Assembly: GCA_964344755.1 (NCBI GenBank)
Contig: CAYFOH010000002.1
Location: 277-64,276, forward strand
Direction: 5' to 3'
Length of the DNA stretch: 64,000 nt
From: an uncultured Methanosarcinales archaeon
Lineage (GTDB): Archaea > Nanobdellota > Nanobdellia > Woesearchaeales > GW2011-AR9
Part shown: positions 1-8,391 of the stretch, piece by piece
Position numbering within the stretch: position 1 is the stretch's first letter
Layout of the letters: every line of letters begins with the position of its first letter
Translations under genes and position numbers: made by a program
Notes under the pieces: generated by a model
Told to the model about the DNA's origin: nothing
The model's input: the letters and a program-made list of their open reading frames with translations, nothing else
Database searches by the model: none

Positions 1-387
1 ACCAAAATCAATTAATTTTAAACCAGATTCGGCTTTGATAACGTTAGAAGTAGTTAAATCACCATGAATGATATTAGCTTGATGTAAAAGACCAATTTTC
101 TTCCCCAAACTATGAGCTAATTGGTTGTTCAAAACGTCTTTTAACTTTTCGCCTGGAATGAAGTCCATAACGATAGACATCCTTTTGTCAGAAAAATCTT
201 GAAGTCTAGGTGCAGGAAAGTTCATCTCTTCTAGTTTTCTAAGAACCTTAGCTTCTCTTCTGGTACGAAATTTTCTTAAGGAATCGTCTAGTTGTGGCAA
301 ACGATATTCTTTACTTAACCTTTCTTTAATTACTTTCGTTTTGTCTCTAAAAAGAACAGCTTCTGCTCCTTGTGCCAATTTAATCAT
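1..387 (-). CDS. bud32: Bud32/KEOPS-complex small protein kinase; the C-terminus continues beyond the window edge
   Basis: Reverse-strand translation starting at the ATG complementary to 385..387 reads MIKLAQGAEAVLF...HGDLTTSNVI...LIDFG. These match the Gly-rich loop, the HGDLTTSN catalytic loop and the DFG motif of the Bud32/RIO-type kinase. The ORF runs off the window, so it is absent from the ORF track. Confidence 0.7.
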   Translation of the reverse strand, partial: MIKLAQGAEAVLFRDKTKVIKERLSKEYRLPQLDDSLRKFRTRREAKVLRKLEEMNFPAPRLQDFSDKRMSIVMDFIPGEKLKDVLNNQLAHSLGKKIGLLHQANIIHGDLTTSNVIKAESGLKLIDFG

Positions 388-423
388 TTTTATTTTAGAA
401 ATAAAGGAGACTTAAAAATTTTA

Positions 424-1347
424 CTAAAAATAAACTTCTGTTGGCTTACTTCTTTCTTGGCAATCATTACAGTTAGCTAAATGTTTAGTTGCTAATTCAG
501 TCTCCTGCGGGTGGCGGGCGTGACCCACCAACAGTTTGTGAATATTTCTATAATCAAAGTTACAACTCAAATTAGCAATACTTTCTTGGACTCTCCTGTA
601 AACAATGTTTAGATGAGAATCCTTAGAATAATCACGGGGAACGATAAAATGAACTAATCCAAATAGATCCTGTTTAGCCTTCTCAAAATCAGCCTCATCT
701 CCTTTCTTATAAACCCCAATTGACCAACCACCAACCTCCCTGATGAAGTTCATCTTACGACGATCAGATTGTCCATCTCCAAATACACACACATGATCAT
801 AATTAACATGGTATCCATTAACAGGAACGTTTTGGTGTAGATCCTGTCCCTTACAAATTTTTTTTATTTCATCTGTCTTATTACTCGGCTCAACAACCGA
901 ACCAATTCTCCATCCTTGTTGGTCTTTAACATACCTTCCTGCCCTAATAGAATGCAAGAAAGGAGCTAAAGGTGTGCCCCGAATTAAAGGTACGCAACCA
1001 GCACTAACAATATGATGTTCTAAGTCTAAACCTAAAGAATTTGCATCTGAAGTTGTTCTAGTAAACCAGTCAGGCAAACCAGGAGACAATTTGATTAAGT
1101 GACCATACCTTTCTAAACTTTCATTACTAAAGTCTGTAAAAATGTCCCTGTCACGCAATAATTGTTCTAAGGCGCCAACACCAACATCAACTTTTTCACC
1201 ACATAATTTAGAAAAATATTCCTCTGGTTTTACACCATGCTTTTTTAAGATTGCTTCAGCGTGATCCCTAAACAGAGGCATCTGCTGATACTCTTCGCTT
1301 AGTGTAAAATCAAAATCATAAATATTAGCAGAACGTCGACTAGCCAT
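424..1347 (-). CDS. HAD-superfamily hydrolase, 5'-nucleotidase-like (HAD-IG type)
   Basis: N-terminal IYDFDFTLS matches the DxDxT nucleophile motif. Later VCVFGDGQSD matches the GDGxxD motif IV of HAD hydrolases. The protein has a C-terminal Cys/His-rich tail. Confidence 0.55.
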   Translation of the reverse strand: MASRRSANIYDFDFTLSEEYQQMPLFRDHAEAILKKHGVKPEEYFSKLCGEKVDVGVGALEQLLRDRDIFTDFSNESLERYGHLIKLSPGLPDWFTRTTSDANSLGLDLEHHIVSAGCVPLIRGTPLAPFLHSIRAGRYVKDQQGWRIGSVVEPSNKTDEIKKICKGQDLHQNVPVNGYHVNYDHVCVFGDGQSDRRKMNFIREVGGWSIGVYKKGDEADFEKAKQDLFGLVHFIVPRDYSKDSHLNIVYRRVQESIANLSCNFDYRNIHKLLVGHARHPQETELATKHLANCNDCQERSKPTEVYF

Positions 1348-1391
1348 TAATTTTTTTGTAGGGTTTGGAAGTATATAAATTTTATAATACT

Positions 1392-1715
1392 CTAAACCTT
1401 ATTTAGAATCTCTTCTATTTTCTCTTTAAGAGCTGGCTTCTGATGATAACCGACAATTCTGTCAACTTCTTTGCCCTGTTTAAAGACAACAAGACAAGGA
1501 ATTCCTCTGATATTATTATCCTGCGCTATTTCAGGAAATTCTTCTGTTGAAATCTTAGCAAAATTTAGTTTATTGGTATAATCTTGGCTAATTTCTTCAA
1601 AAATAGGGGCCAACATTTTACAAGGGCCACACCATGAAGCCCAGAAATCTACAATCACTGGTTTATCAGATGAAATTAATTCCTTAAAAGTTTCTGCGTT
1701 TAGTTCTTTTACCAT
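1392..1715 (-). CDS. trxA: thioredoxin
   Basis: 107 aa with the canonical WCGPC active site and a thioredoxin-fold length. Confidence 0.9.
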   Translation of the reverse strand: MVKELNAETFKELISSDKPVIVDFWASWCGPCKMLAPIFEEISQDYTNKLNFAKISTEEFPEIAQDNNIRGIPCLVVFKQGKEVDRIVGYHQKPALKEKIEEILNKV

Positions 1716-1765
1716 GTTCGTAAGAGAAAAGAACTTCTACTTAAAGTTTACTCTTAATTTAAAAG

Positions 1766-1891
1766 GTATGTATTTAGTTAGATGGCCAAGAAGTTAATTA
1801 GATTCCTTCTTTTGCTTGCACAAAATTGATTTCCAGTTCTTACTTATTATTAGCTAGGACTGGTCTAATTAACGGCCAACTAAATACGTAC
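1766..1891. repeat. Palindromic intergenic repeat, copy 1. MITE-like family of about 126 bp with GTACGTATTTAGTT...AACTAAATACGTAC terminal inverted repeats
   Basis: Near-identical copies at 3778..3995, 42040..42165 and, reverse-complemented, 51283..51397. This copy lies between divergent trxA and a membrane-protein gene. Confidence 0.8.
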
Positions 1892-1951
1892 TTTAAAAGC
1901 AAACCTTTATAAAATGAAATAACGTTTCCTAATTATAAAAGAGGTTAAAAA

Positions 1952-3088
1952 TTGAAAAGAAAAGTATCTCTCTATGTTTTATTGGTTTTACTTATCGTAG
2001 CTTTACCAGTTGTTCTAGCTAGTGCTGAAGAAAATGATTGTTTGCTTTATTTCTATGGAAAAGATTGTAAAGATTGTGTAGATGCAAAAACCACTTTAAA
2101 TGATCTTAAAGTAAAATACCCAAATATTGAAATCAAGGAGAAAGAAGTTTATTATGACAGAAATAATTTCAGACTGTTACAGAAATATATGGAAGCCTTC
2201 AATGTGCCAGAAGATTCAAAAGGAGTTCCTATTGTTTTTTTAACCGACAGTTATTTTGTAGGAGAAGCCATTAACAATGTTTTAGAAGGAAGAATTTTAG
2301 AACATAAAGGCTCGTCCTGTGCATCTCACGAACAAGCTACAAAGGCTGTTGGTTTTGTAAGTAGTGGGAAATCTTATGATGTACAGGAAACTCTTAATTT
2401 TTTTATCGTTAATAAGAATGCCATCTTAGATAGCTTTCATTCGGAAGCTTTAGTAGCCCTACTTTTGCTGCTTTTCATTTTGATTCTAGTTAAAGAAAAG
2501 AAAAACGCACTAAAAAAGGGATTCTTGTTTATAGGTGGAAACTATGTTGTTTATTTTCTCTTTGGTCTGGGCCTTATACCCTGGTTAAATTACAGTTTAA
2601 TTAAAATTATTTTTGAAAAAATAGTGGCTGTTGCAGCTTTAATTTTTGGGTCCGTTCTTGTTTATAACTTTTTTAAAAAGTTAACTTGGCCAGCAGAAAT
2701 GAAAAAATATCAAAAATATAAAGAAATGATGTTATCTAACAAGGGCTTAACTTGTCTTGGCCTTTTGAGTGGTCTGTTAACCTTTAATTCGGAGAGTAAG
2801 ATATTTTATATCTTAAGAAATCTTATCCAAGAAGCGCCAGGGCGTCTAGGTGTTTTTATCTACATCATATATTACTGTTTAGCTTTTGTGGCTCTCATGT
2901 TAGTAGCCAATTTATTTATTTTTTATATAAGAAAGAAAATTGACGGGAAAGAAGAAGTTGAAAAAGGAACTGATGAAGAGAAAGTAGAAAAGAAGATAGA
3001 ACCGGAAAAGAAAAAAACAAACAAAAAAATGATCTTAAATATACCAAATGCTAGCCCACTCAGAAAGAAAAATGAAACAAAAAATTAG
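1952..3088 (+). CDS. Secreted thioredoxin-fold (CxxC) domain fused to a polytopic membrane domain; putative membrane thiol:disulfide oxidoreductase (DsbD/CcdA-like)
   Basis: Signal peptide, then YFYGKDCKDC (a CxxC in thioredoxin/glutaredoxin-like context), then five or more predicted TM helices with Cys in TM segments (LTCLG, YYCLAF). The C-terminal tail is K/E-rich. Confidence 0.4.
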   Translation: MKRKVSLYVLLVLLIVALPVVLASAEENDCLLYFYGKDCKDCVDAKTTLNDLKVKYPNIEIKEKEVYYDRNNFRLLQKYMEAFNVPEDSKGVPIVFLTDSYFVGEAINNVLEGRILEHKGSSCASHEQATKAVGFVSSGKSYDVQETLNFFIVNKNAILDSFHSEALVALLLLLFILILVKEKKNALKKGFLFIGGNYVVYFLFGLGLIPWLNYSLIKIIFEKIVAVAALIFGSVLVYNFFKKLTWPAEMKKYQKYKEMMLSNKGLTCLGLLSGLLTFNSESKIFYILRNLIQEAPGRLGVFIYIIYYCLAFVALMLVANLFIFYIRKKIDGKEEVEKGTDEEKVEKKIEPEKKKTNKKMILNIPNASPLRKKNETKN

Positions 3089-3168
3089 AGAACATTATTT
3101 GAGAGTACTAAGTTTTTCCTTAGGAATTAGTTTAATAATTCTGGGATTAATTTTGTTGTTTACCTAAA

Positions 3169-3789
3169 ATGAAAATTAAAAGAGTTTTTTCTATTCTAAA
3201 CAAACATCACCAACCAACAATGTTAGAGATGTTTAAAGATTATACGCCTTTCCAAATGGTAGTCATGACCCTGCTAAGTTCTAGAACTAAGGATACCACA
3301 ACAATACCTTTGGTTAAAAAATTATTTAAGAAGTTTCCAAGACCGCAAGATTTCGTAGCCACTCCTTTAGCTGACTTAGAGAAAGAATTGTATGGTATTG
3401 GGTTTTACAAAGTTAAAGCCAAACATGTTAAAGAACTGAGTAAAATCGTCCTAAAGAAAGACGTCCCAGATACTTTTGAAGAACTTATTAAACTTCCAGG
3501 AGTAGGTAGGAAAACAGCCAATTGTGTACTTGCCTATACTTTTAATAAACCAGCCATTGCTGTTGATATTCATGTCCATAGAATTGCTAATCGTTTAGGT
3601 TGGGTAAAAAGTGAAACCACTGAAGAGACTGAAGAACTTCTTAAGAAAAAGGTTCCTAAAGCAAATTGGATTGATGTCAACAAGCTACTGGTGGATCATG
3701 GCCAAAGGGTTTGTTTGCCAAGAAAACCAAAGTGTCCAGAATGCCCCATCATTAAATACTGTGTATACGGTCAGAGAGTACTTATTTAG
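3169..3789 (+). CDS. nth: endonuclease III (HhH-GPD DNA glycosylase/AP lyase) with a 4Fe-4S cluster loop
   Basis: HhH-GPD motif LPGVGRKTANCVLAYTF and a catalytic Asp. The C-terminal C-x6-C-x2-C-x5-C (CLPRKPKCPECPIIKYC) is typical of Nth. Confidence 0.85.
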   Translation: MKIKRVFSILNKHHQPTMLEMFKDYTPFQMVVMTLLSSRTKDTTTIPLVKKLFKKFPRPQDFVATPLADLEKELYGIGFYKVKAKHVKELSKIVLKKDVPDTFEELIKLPGVGRKTANCVLAYTFNKPAIAVDIHVHRIANRLGWVKSETTEETEELLKKKVPKANWIDVNKLLVDHGQRVCLPRKPKCPECPIIKYCVYGQRVLI

Positions 3790-3995
3790 TTAGATGGCCA
3801 AGAAATTAATTAGAAATCTTCTTTTGCTTGCACAAGTTTAATCTCCAGTTGCATACAATAATTAGCAAAAACTGGTCTATAATGAAGGCATTAATTCTTG
3901 ATATTTTACCTTGCCTGAGTTATATATGAAAGCGGAAATGTGAGGTACGAATATTTAGTGCTTTCAGTATAATTAATGACCAACTAAATACGTAC
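3778..3995. repeat. Palindromic intergenic repeat, copy 2 (composite, 218 bp). A full left arm and core are followed by a roughly 90-bp insert and a second minimal TIR-only unit
   Basis: Starts GTACTTATTTAGTTAGATGGCCAAG and ends CAACTAAATACGTAC. An internal gtacgaatatttagtg is a second left-TIR-like sequence. The element overlaps the stop codons of both convergent flanking genes (nth at 3787..3789, the minus-strand ORF ending at 3984). Confidence 0.75.
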
Positions 3996-4583
3996 AACAG
4001 AAACTGGTTTAAGTTCCCTCACCAAACTAACAAACTCTTTACCCAAAGACTTAATCAAAAGTTTCTGTTTTCTTGTAGTTTCTAATAAAGTTTTGAAATG
4101 TAAGTCAGCATTTAGTTCGGTAAACACTAAATTTTGCTCTAAATTCAGTTCAGATTGCAGGATTTCATTTATTTGATTGTAAGATGATTTAAGAGTTTTA
4201 ACTTCTTTTTCAAATTCAACAATTTCCTTTATTGTTTTGCTAATATTAAAAACTTCATCTTCAAGAAGATGTTTAGTGATGGTTTTGGCTTTACTTCTGT
4301 TATGATTAATCTTAGTCAACTTTAAATCTATAAGGTGTCTAGCATAAGATCTTAACTTATCATTCAAATATTGTTGGCGTTTTAGGTTAGAAAACTGTTT
4401 TTGTAATAATTTTAATTGTGGATTAATGGTTTCTCTAGTATTTTTGTTAAGGTTAGTAAGAAATGGTAAGTGGTGGTTTGTGGTTTCGGAGATGGGTTCT
4501 ACCCAACTAGACTGGAATTTATCTATGGTTTCCATAATGTTCGGCAAATCCTCTATCTCCTTTTTTAGTTCACGTAAACTCAT
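3984..4583 (-). CDS. hypothetical coiled-coil protein
   Basis: 199-aa ORF rich in heptad-like K/E/L segments. No recognisable catalytic motif. Confidence 0.35.
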   Translation of the reverse strand: MSLRELKKEIEDLPNIMETIDKFQSSWVEPISETTNHHLPFLTNLNKNTRETINPQLKLLQKQFSNLKRQQYLNDKLRSYARHLIDLKLTKINHNRSKAKTITKHLLEDEVFNISKTIKEIVEFEKEVKTLKSSYNQINEILQSELNLEQNLVFTELNADLHFKTLLETTRKQKLLIKSLGKEFVSLVRELKPVSVVRI

Positions 4584-4627
4584 AGCCGTTCTTAAGTGAG
4601 TGGGTTATATAAAGATTTTTATCTAAT

Positions 4628-5299
4628 TTAATTTATTCGATGACTTTTTAAAAGGGGTAAAATTTTAGATAAATCGTTAGAATCTACAACAAACGTGGCA
4701 AGTTTCTTTAATTCATTTGACTGAGAATTGAAAGCTATAGATAAACCCACCTCTTGGAAAGCCTCAATATCAGTGTCACTATCACCAACGTAAATAACAT
4801 CTTTAGTAGAGATACCTAAATCTGAACAGAGATGTCTAATTATTTCTGCCTTTTTATGTTTCCCTGCACCAATTGGCCAAATAAATTCACCAGCAACTTT
4901 TTCATTCCTAACAACCAACTCATTAGCAAAAATATGTTCAACACCATAGTCGTGTTGGACTCTCTTAGCCACATCAGAACTTGATGCACTTATTATAGCA
5001 GTAATTAGGTCTTGTTCATTAATATAATCAAAAACTTTTGAAACTCCTGGTAAATACTCAATAGAATTAACTAAATAAAAATATGGCTTAGCATCCTTTC
5101 CTTTCCATAATTTGGCTACCACTTCTTCAACTAATTTATCATAATTTGTATGTAAATATTTTTCGGTGAGATTAATTCCTTCTTTTAAAGTACCAAATTT
5201 TTTATGAAGTTCTATCCAAAAATTAATATCTTTAAATAAGACACCATCCATATCAAAACAGATTAATTTGTATGACATGGTATCTGTTAGATCTATCAC
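4628..5299 (-). CDS. HAD-superfamily phosphatase (phosphoserine-phosphatase-like, subfamily IB)
   Basis: CFDMDGVLF matches the DxDGT/V motif I. VGDSDTD matches motif IV. Size is about 220 aa. Confidence 0.7.
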   Translation of the reverse strand: MIDLTDTMSYKLICFDMDGVLFKDINFWIELHKKFGTLKEGINLTEKYLHTNYDKLVEEVVAKLWKGKDAKPYFYLVNSIEYLPGVSKVFDYINEQDLITAIISASSSDVAKRVQHDYGVEHIFANELVVRNEKVAGEFIWPIGAGKHKKAEIIRHLCSDLGISTKDVIYVGDSDTDIEAFQEVGLSIAFNSQSNELKKLATFVVDSNDLSKILPLLKSHRIN

Positions 5300-5375
5300 A
5301 ATTTATTAATTTTTCTTAATCTTGCTTTAAAAAAACCAAAATCTTAATAAAGAATTAATTAGAATCAAAGGTTAA

Positions 5376-5447
5376 GCGGTAGTAGTATAGTGGTTAGTAT
5401 GCGGCGTTGCCAACGCTGCGACCTGGGTTCAAGTCCCAGCTACCGCA
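5376..5447 (+). tRNA. tRNA-Gly(GCC)
   Basis: 72-nt cloverleaf. Acceptor stem GCGGTAG/CTACCGC, anticodon stem CGGCG/CGCTG, anticodon loop TTGCCAA, T-arm GGGTTCAAGTCCC. A TATA-like box (cttaataaag) lies about 25-30 nt upstream. Confidence 0.85.
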
Positions 5448-5496
5448 TTTATTCTTAGTTACCCAACTAGCGGTAGCTCTAGGAGGAAAAAGTAAA

Positions 5497-5961
5497 ATGA
5501 GATATTTAAAAAAACAAGGATCTGAGACTAAATATGTTGATTTGAAAAATAATAAAGGTTGCTTAACTAGTATTGTTGGAGGGGTAGTTCTAGCCTTAAG
5601 TCTTGGTTGTTGTACATCTGCAAATAGTTGGCATTATAGTTCTGGTGAAAGAGTTGGAGTTATAAACAAACTATCTAGGAAAGGAATGATTTGGGAAACT
5701 TATGAAGGCCAGATGGCTCTTGAAGGATTAGTTGGAGGACAACATAATACAACAGCAGCTAATGTCTGGAATTTTAGTATTGATGAAACTGCTGCTAATG
5801 GAGAAAATGTTGAAGAGCTCTCTGAACAACTCCGAGATGCAATGATTTCAGGAGATAAGGTTAAAGTAACCTACAAAGAAGTTCTATCTGGCTGGCCTTG
5901 GAGAGGGAGAACTGACCATTATATCCAATCAGTAAAACCTTTAAAAAATATTGGGAAATAA
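5497..5961 (+). CDS. hypothetical lipoprotein/secreted protein
   Basis: The ORF-track start at 5407 lies inside the tRNA. An ATG at 5497 is preceded by a GGAGG RBS and gives MRYLKKQGSE...LALSLGCC, a lipobox-like sequence. Confidence 0.45.
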   Translation: MRYLKKQGSETKYVDLKNNKGCLTSIVGGVVLALSLGCCTSANSWHYSSGERVGVINKLSRKGMIWETYEGQMALEGLVGGQHNTTAANVWNFSIDETAANGENVEELSEQLRDAMISGDKVKVTYKEVLSGWPWRGRTDHYIQSVKPLKNIGK

Positions 5962-6016
5962 TTTTTTTTATTTTTTTTCCAAATTATTTATATCTAAACT
6001 TACTTTTTATTAACAA

Positions 6017-6946
6017 ATGTTACCTAAATTTTCTAGTAAAGCGTTCCTAGCACCTATGGCCGGTGTGTCTGATCCGGCATTAAGGCTAGTGTGTAAAGAA
6101 CTGGGAGCTGGCTTGGTAGTGACGGAATTTACCAACGTACATGCTATTGTCGCAAAAGAAAAAGAAATCACTAAATTTGTCGAATTTTCACCCGAGGAAA
6201 GACCCTTATCGATACAACTTTTTGGATCTAATCTAAGGGCATTAAAAAAAGCAATCAAAATTGTTGAACCACACTTTGATATTATTGATTATAACATGGG
6301 GTGTCCAGCACCCCACATTACTAAACAGATGGCTTGTTCTGCTTTACTAAGGGAACCTAAACTTACCAGAAAAATCTTTCAAACAATGGTTAAAGCAACA
6401 AAAAAGCCAGTTACCGTAAAAATCAGAGCAGGAGTGACTAAACCAGATAAATGGCGAGAAATAGCTAGAATTGCTGAAGAGGAAGGGATACAAATGATTA
6501 CCTTCCATCCAAGAACTGTTAAACAAGGTTATTCTGGTAATGCAGACTGGAGATTGATCAAAGAACTAAAGGAATTAGTGAAAATACCCGTAGTTGGAAA
6601 CGGTGACATTAATACACCAGAAGATGCTCAAGAAATGCTGAAAGAGACTGGTTGCGATTATGTGATGATTGGGAGAGCAGCATGTAAAAATCCATTTCTA
6701 TTTACACAAATTAATCAATATCTGGAAAAAAGAAAATACCAAGAGGTTTCTTACAAAGAAAGAATAAAGTATTTTTTCCATTATCTTGATTACAGTAAAA
6801 ACTACCCCACCATTAAATTTGCCAATATTCGAATGCAGGCTATGAACTTCACTAAAGGTAAAATAGGTGGTAAAGATTTAAGATTAAAAATTATGAAAGT
6901 TAAGACTGTTAATGAATTAAAAGAGTGTTTAAAAAGATTTAAATAG
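6017..6946 (+). CDS. dus: tRNA-dihydrouridine synthase
   Basis: FLAPMAGVSDPALRLVCKELGAG...TEF and a TIM-barrel FMN-binding pattern typical of the Dus family. Length 309 aa. Confidence 0.85.
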   Translation: MLPKFSSKAFLAPMAGVSDPALRLVCKELGAGLVVTEFTNVHAIVAKEKEITKFVEFSPEERPLSIQLFGSNLRALKKAIKIVEPHFDIIDYNMGCPAPHITKQMACSALLREPKLTRKIFQTMVKATKKPVTVKIRAGVTKPDKWREIARIAEEEGIQMITFHPRTVKQGYSGNADWRLIKELKELVKIPVVGNGDINTPEDAQEMLKETGCDYVMIGRAACKNPFLFTQINQYLEKRKYQEVSYKERIKYFFHYLDYSKNYPTIKFANIRMQAMNFTKGKIGGKDLRLKIMKVKTVNELKECLKRFK

Positions 6947-6972
6947 ATATTTCTTTTGATGAAGGTTGATAG

Positions 6973-7560
6973 ATGACAAAAGAAATCGTTTTCTTATTTT
7001 TAATAATCTTAGTAGTAAGTTGTGCAGAACAAGTAGTAGAACAAAAGCTTCCTGAGATTGAAGAAATTCCCACTTTTCAAGAGGAAACGCCAATTTTAGG
7101 CGAAGCTATTCAAGATGTTGTAGAAGAAGAAGAAGAAGAAGAAGAAACGACATTAAAAACATGTCAAAGGAACAAAGACTGTGAAGAAGATTTAAAATGC
7201 ATTGACAATAGCTGTCAAGTTTTGGCTGATCTTTATGAAATTGGTTGTCAAGAAACATGTACAATAGCAGAAGTAACATTAACAACCAGTGATGAAGAAA
7301 CCTATAAATTAGCCAAAGGAAGAGGAAGTTATTCTTATGCTGGGGCTTTGGAGTGGAGAATAAAAAGTACACCTAATTATTGTCAGGGAGAAGAGCCACT
7401 AGTCCCAATTGAATTAATAAAGAAAAATTATGGGGAGATTCTAGAAAGACAAATAATTACTTTAAATGAAGGGGAAACAAGTGATTTAATCACACACCCA
7501 ACAAGTACTCGCGTGCAATTCACAACAACTATTGAAAGTATTCAAGAGGTCTGCTCCTAA
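6973..7560 (+). CDS. secreted Cys-rich protein with poly-Glu tract and a conserved C-terminal domain shared with the 49727..51223 protein
   Basis: Signal peptide, an EEEEEEEE run, a CxxxxDCxxxxxCxxxxC cluster, then GSYSYAGALEWRIK...ITHP...CS. This is about 40% identical to the C-terminus of the 498-aa protein at 49727..51223. Confidence 0.5.
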   Translation: MTKEIVFLFLIILVVSCAEQVVEQKLPEIEEIPTFQEETPILGEAIQDVVEEEEEEEETTLKTCQRNKDCEEDLKCIDNSCQVLADLYEIGCQETCTIAEVTLTTSDEETYKLAKGRGSYSYAGALEWRIKSTPNYCQGEEPLVPIELIKKNYGEILERQIITLNEGETSDLITHPTSTRVQFTTTIESIQEVCS

Positions 7561-8391
7561 ATGAAAAAGCTAAATAAAATCAAAGAATTAAAAAAAATGG
7601 CTAATACTATAAGGAAAGATATTATTATCTCCCTTTTAGAAGCTAAATCTGGTCATTCAGCTGGACCCTTAGGAATGGCCGACATTTTTACCGCCCTTTA
7701 CTTTAACGTTTTGAAACACAATCCCAAAAAACCAAAGTGGGAAGATAGAGACAGGCTTGTTCTATCTAATGGTCATATTTGTCCTGGACTTTATGCTACG
7801 ATGGCCAATAGAGGTTATTTTCCTAAGAAAGAACTGCTAACCTTAAGAAAACTGGGTTCAAGATTACAAGGTCACCCCCATAGAGAGGCTCTTCCCGGTC
7901 TAGAAACCACGTCAGGCCCATTAGGCAGCGGTCTTGCTCAAGCTTCTGGAATGGCTTTGGGTTTGAAAAGAGGTAAGAAAAAAAATCTAGTTTTTTGTTT
8001 GTGCAGTGACGGAGAGCAAAACGAAGGAAACCATTGGGAAGCTGTTTTATTTGCAGCGAAATACAAGTTACAAAATTTAATCGCCATAACTGATAGAAAT
8101 CTGATTCAAATAGACGGGAACACAGAAGATATTATGCCGTTAAATCCCTTAGAAAAAAAATATCAATCTTTTAATTGGAACACTGTTGTTATTGACGGCA
8201 ACAATATGCAACAAGTTCTAAACACGTTACAAAAATCCAGGAAGAATAAAAACAAACCATTAATGATTATCGCTAATGTTGTTCCTGGAAAGGGTGTTTC
8301 TTTTATGGAAAACGATTATAGGTGGCACGGTAAACCACCAAAAGAGGATGAAGCAAAAAAAGCGTTGGAGGAATTAGAAAAATGTATCTAA
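7561..8391 (+). CDS. tkt: transketolase, N-terminal (TPP-binding) subunit
   Basis: The gene is split as in many archaea. It carries the GHS/GPLG thiamine-diphosphate-binding motifs (SGHSAGPLGMAD). The ATG directly follows the upstream stop codon. Confidence 0.9.
   Translation: MKKLNKIKELKKMANTIRKDIIISLLEAKSGHSAGPLGMADIFTALYFNVLKHNPKKPKWEDRDRLVLSNGHICPGLYATMANRGYFPKKELLTLRKLGSRLQGHPHREALPGLETTSGPLGSGLAQASGMALGLKRGKKKNLVFCLCSDGEQNEGNHWEAVLFAAKYKLQNLIAITDRNLIQIDGNTEDIMPLNPLEKKYQSFNWNTVVIDGNNMQQVLNTLQKSRKNKNKPLMIIANVVPGKGVSFMENDYRWHGKPPKEDEAKKALEELEKCI

Noticed and set aside
3611-3793. 60-aa ORF in an alternative frame inside the endonuclease III gene
   Set aside because: Fully nested within the C-terminal 4Fe-4S region of nth on the same strand. 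No independent support.
5407-5496. ORF-track start of the 184-aa ORF inside tRNA-Gly
   Set aside because: The first 30 codons overlap the tRNA gene and translate the tRNA sequence. An ATG with a GGAGG RBS at 5497 gives a plausible lipoprotein N-terminus.
7106-7372. Antisense ORFs overlapping well-supported genes (for example 7106..7372, 6010..6258, 8303..8500, 24531..24776, 33778..34125, 45345..45621, 46135..46793, 51376..51777, 63670..63864)
   Set aside because: The translations are low-complexity or repeat-derived mirror images of conserved genes on the other strand (poly-L/F/S). They lack motifs, and AT-rich DNA generates such ORFs by chance.
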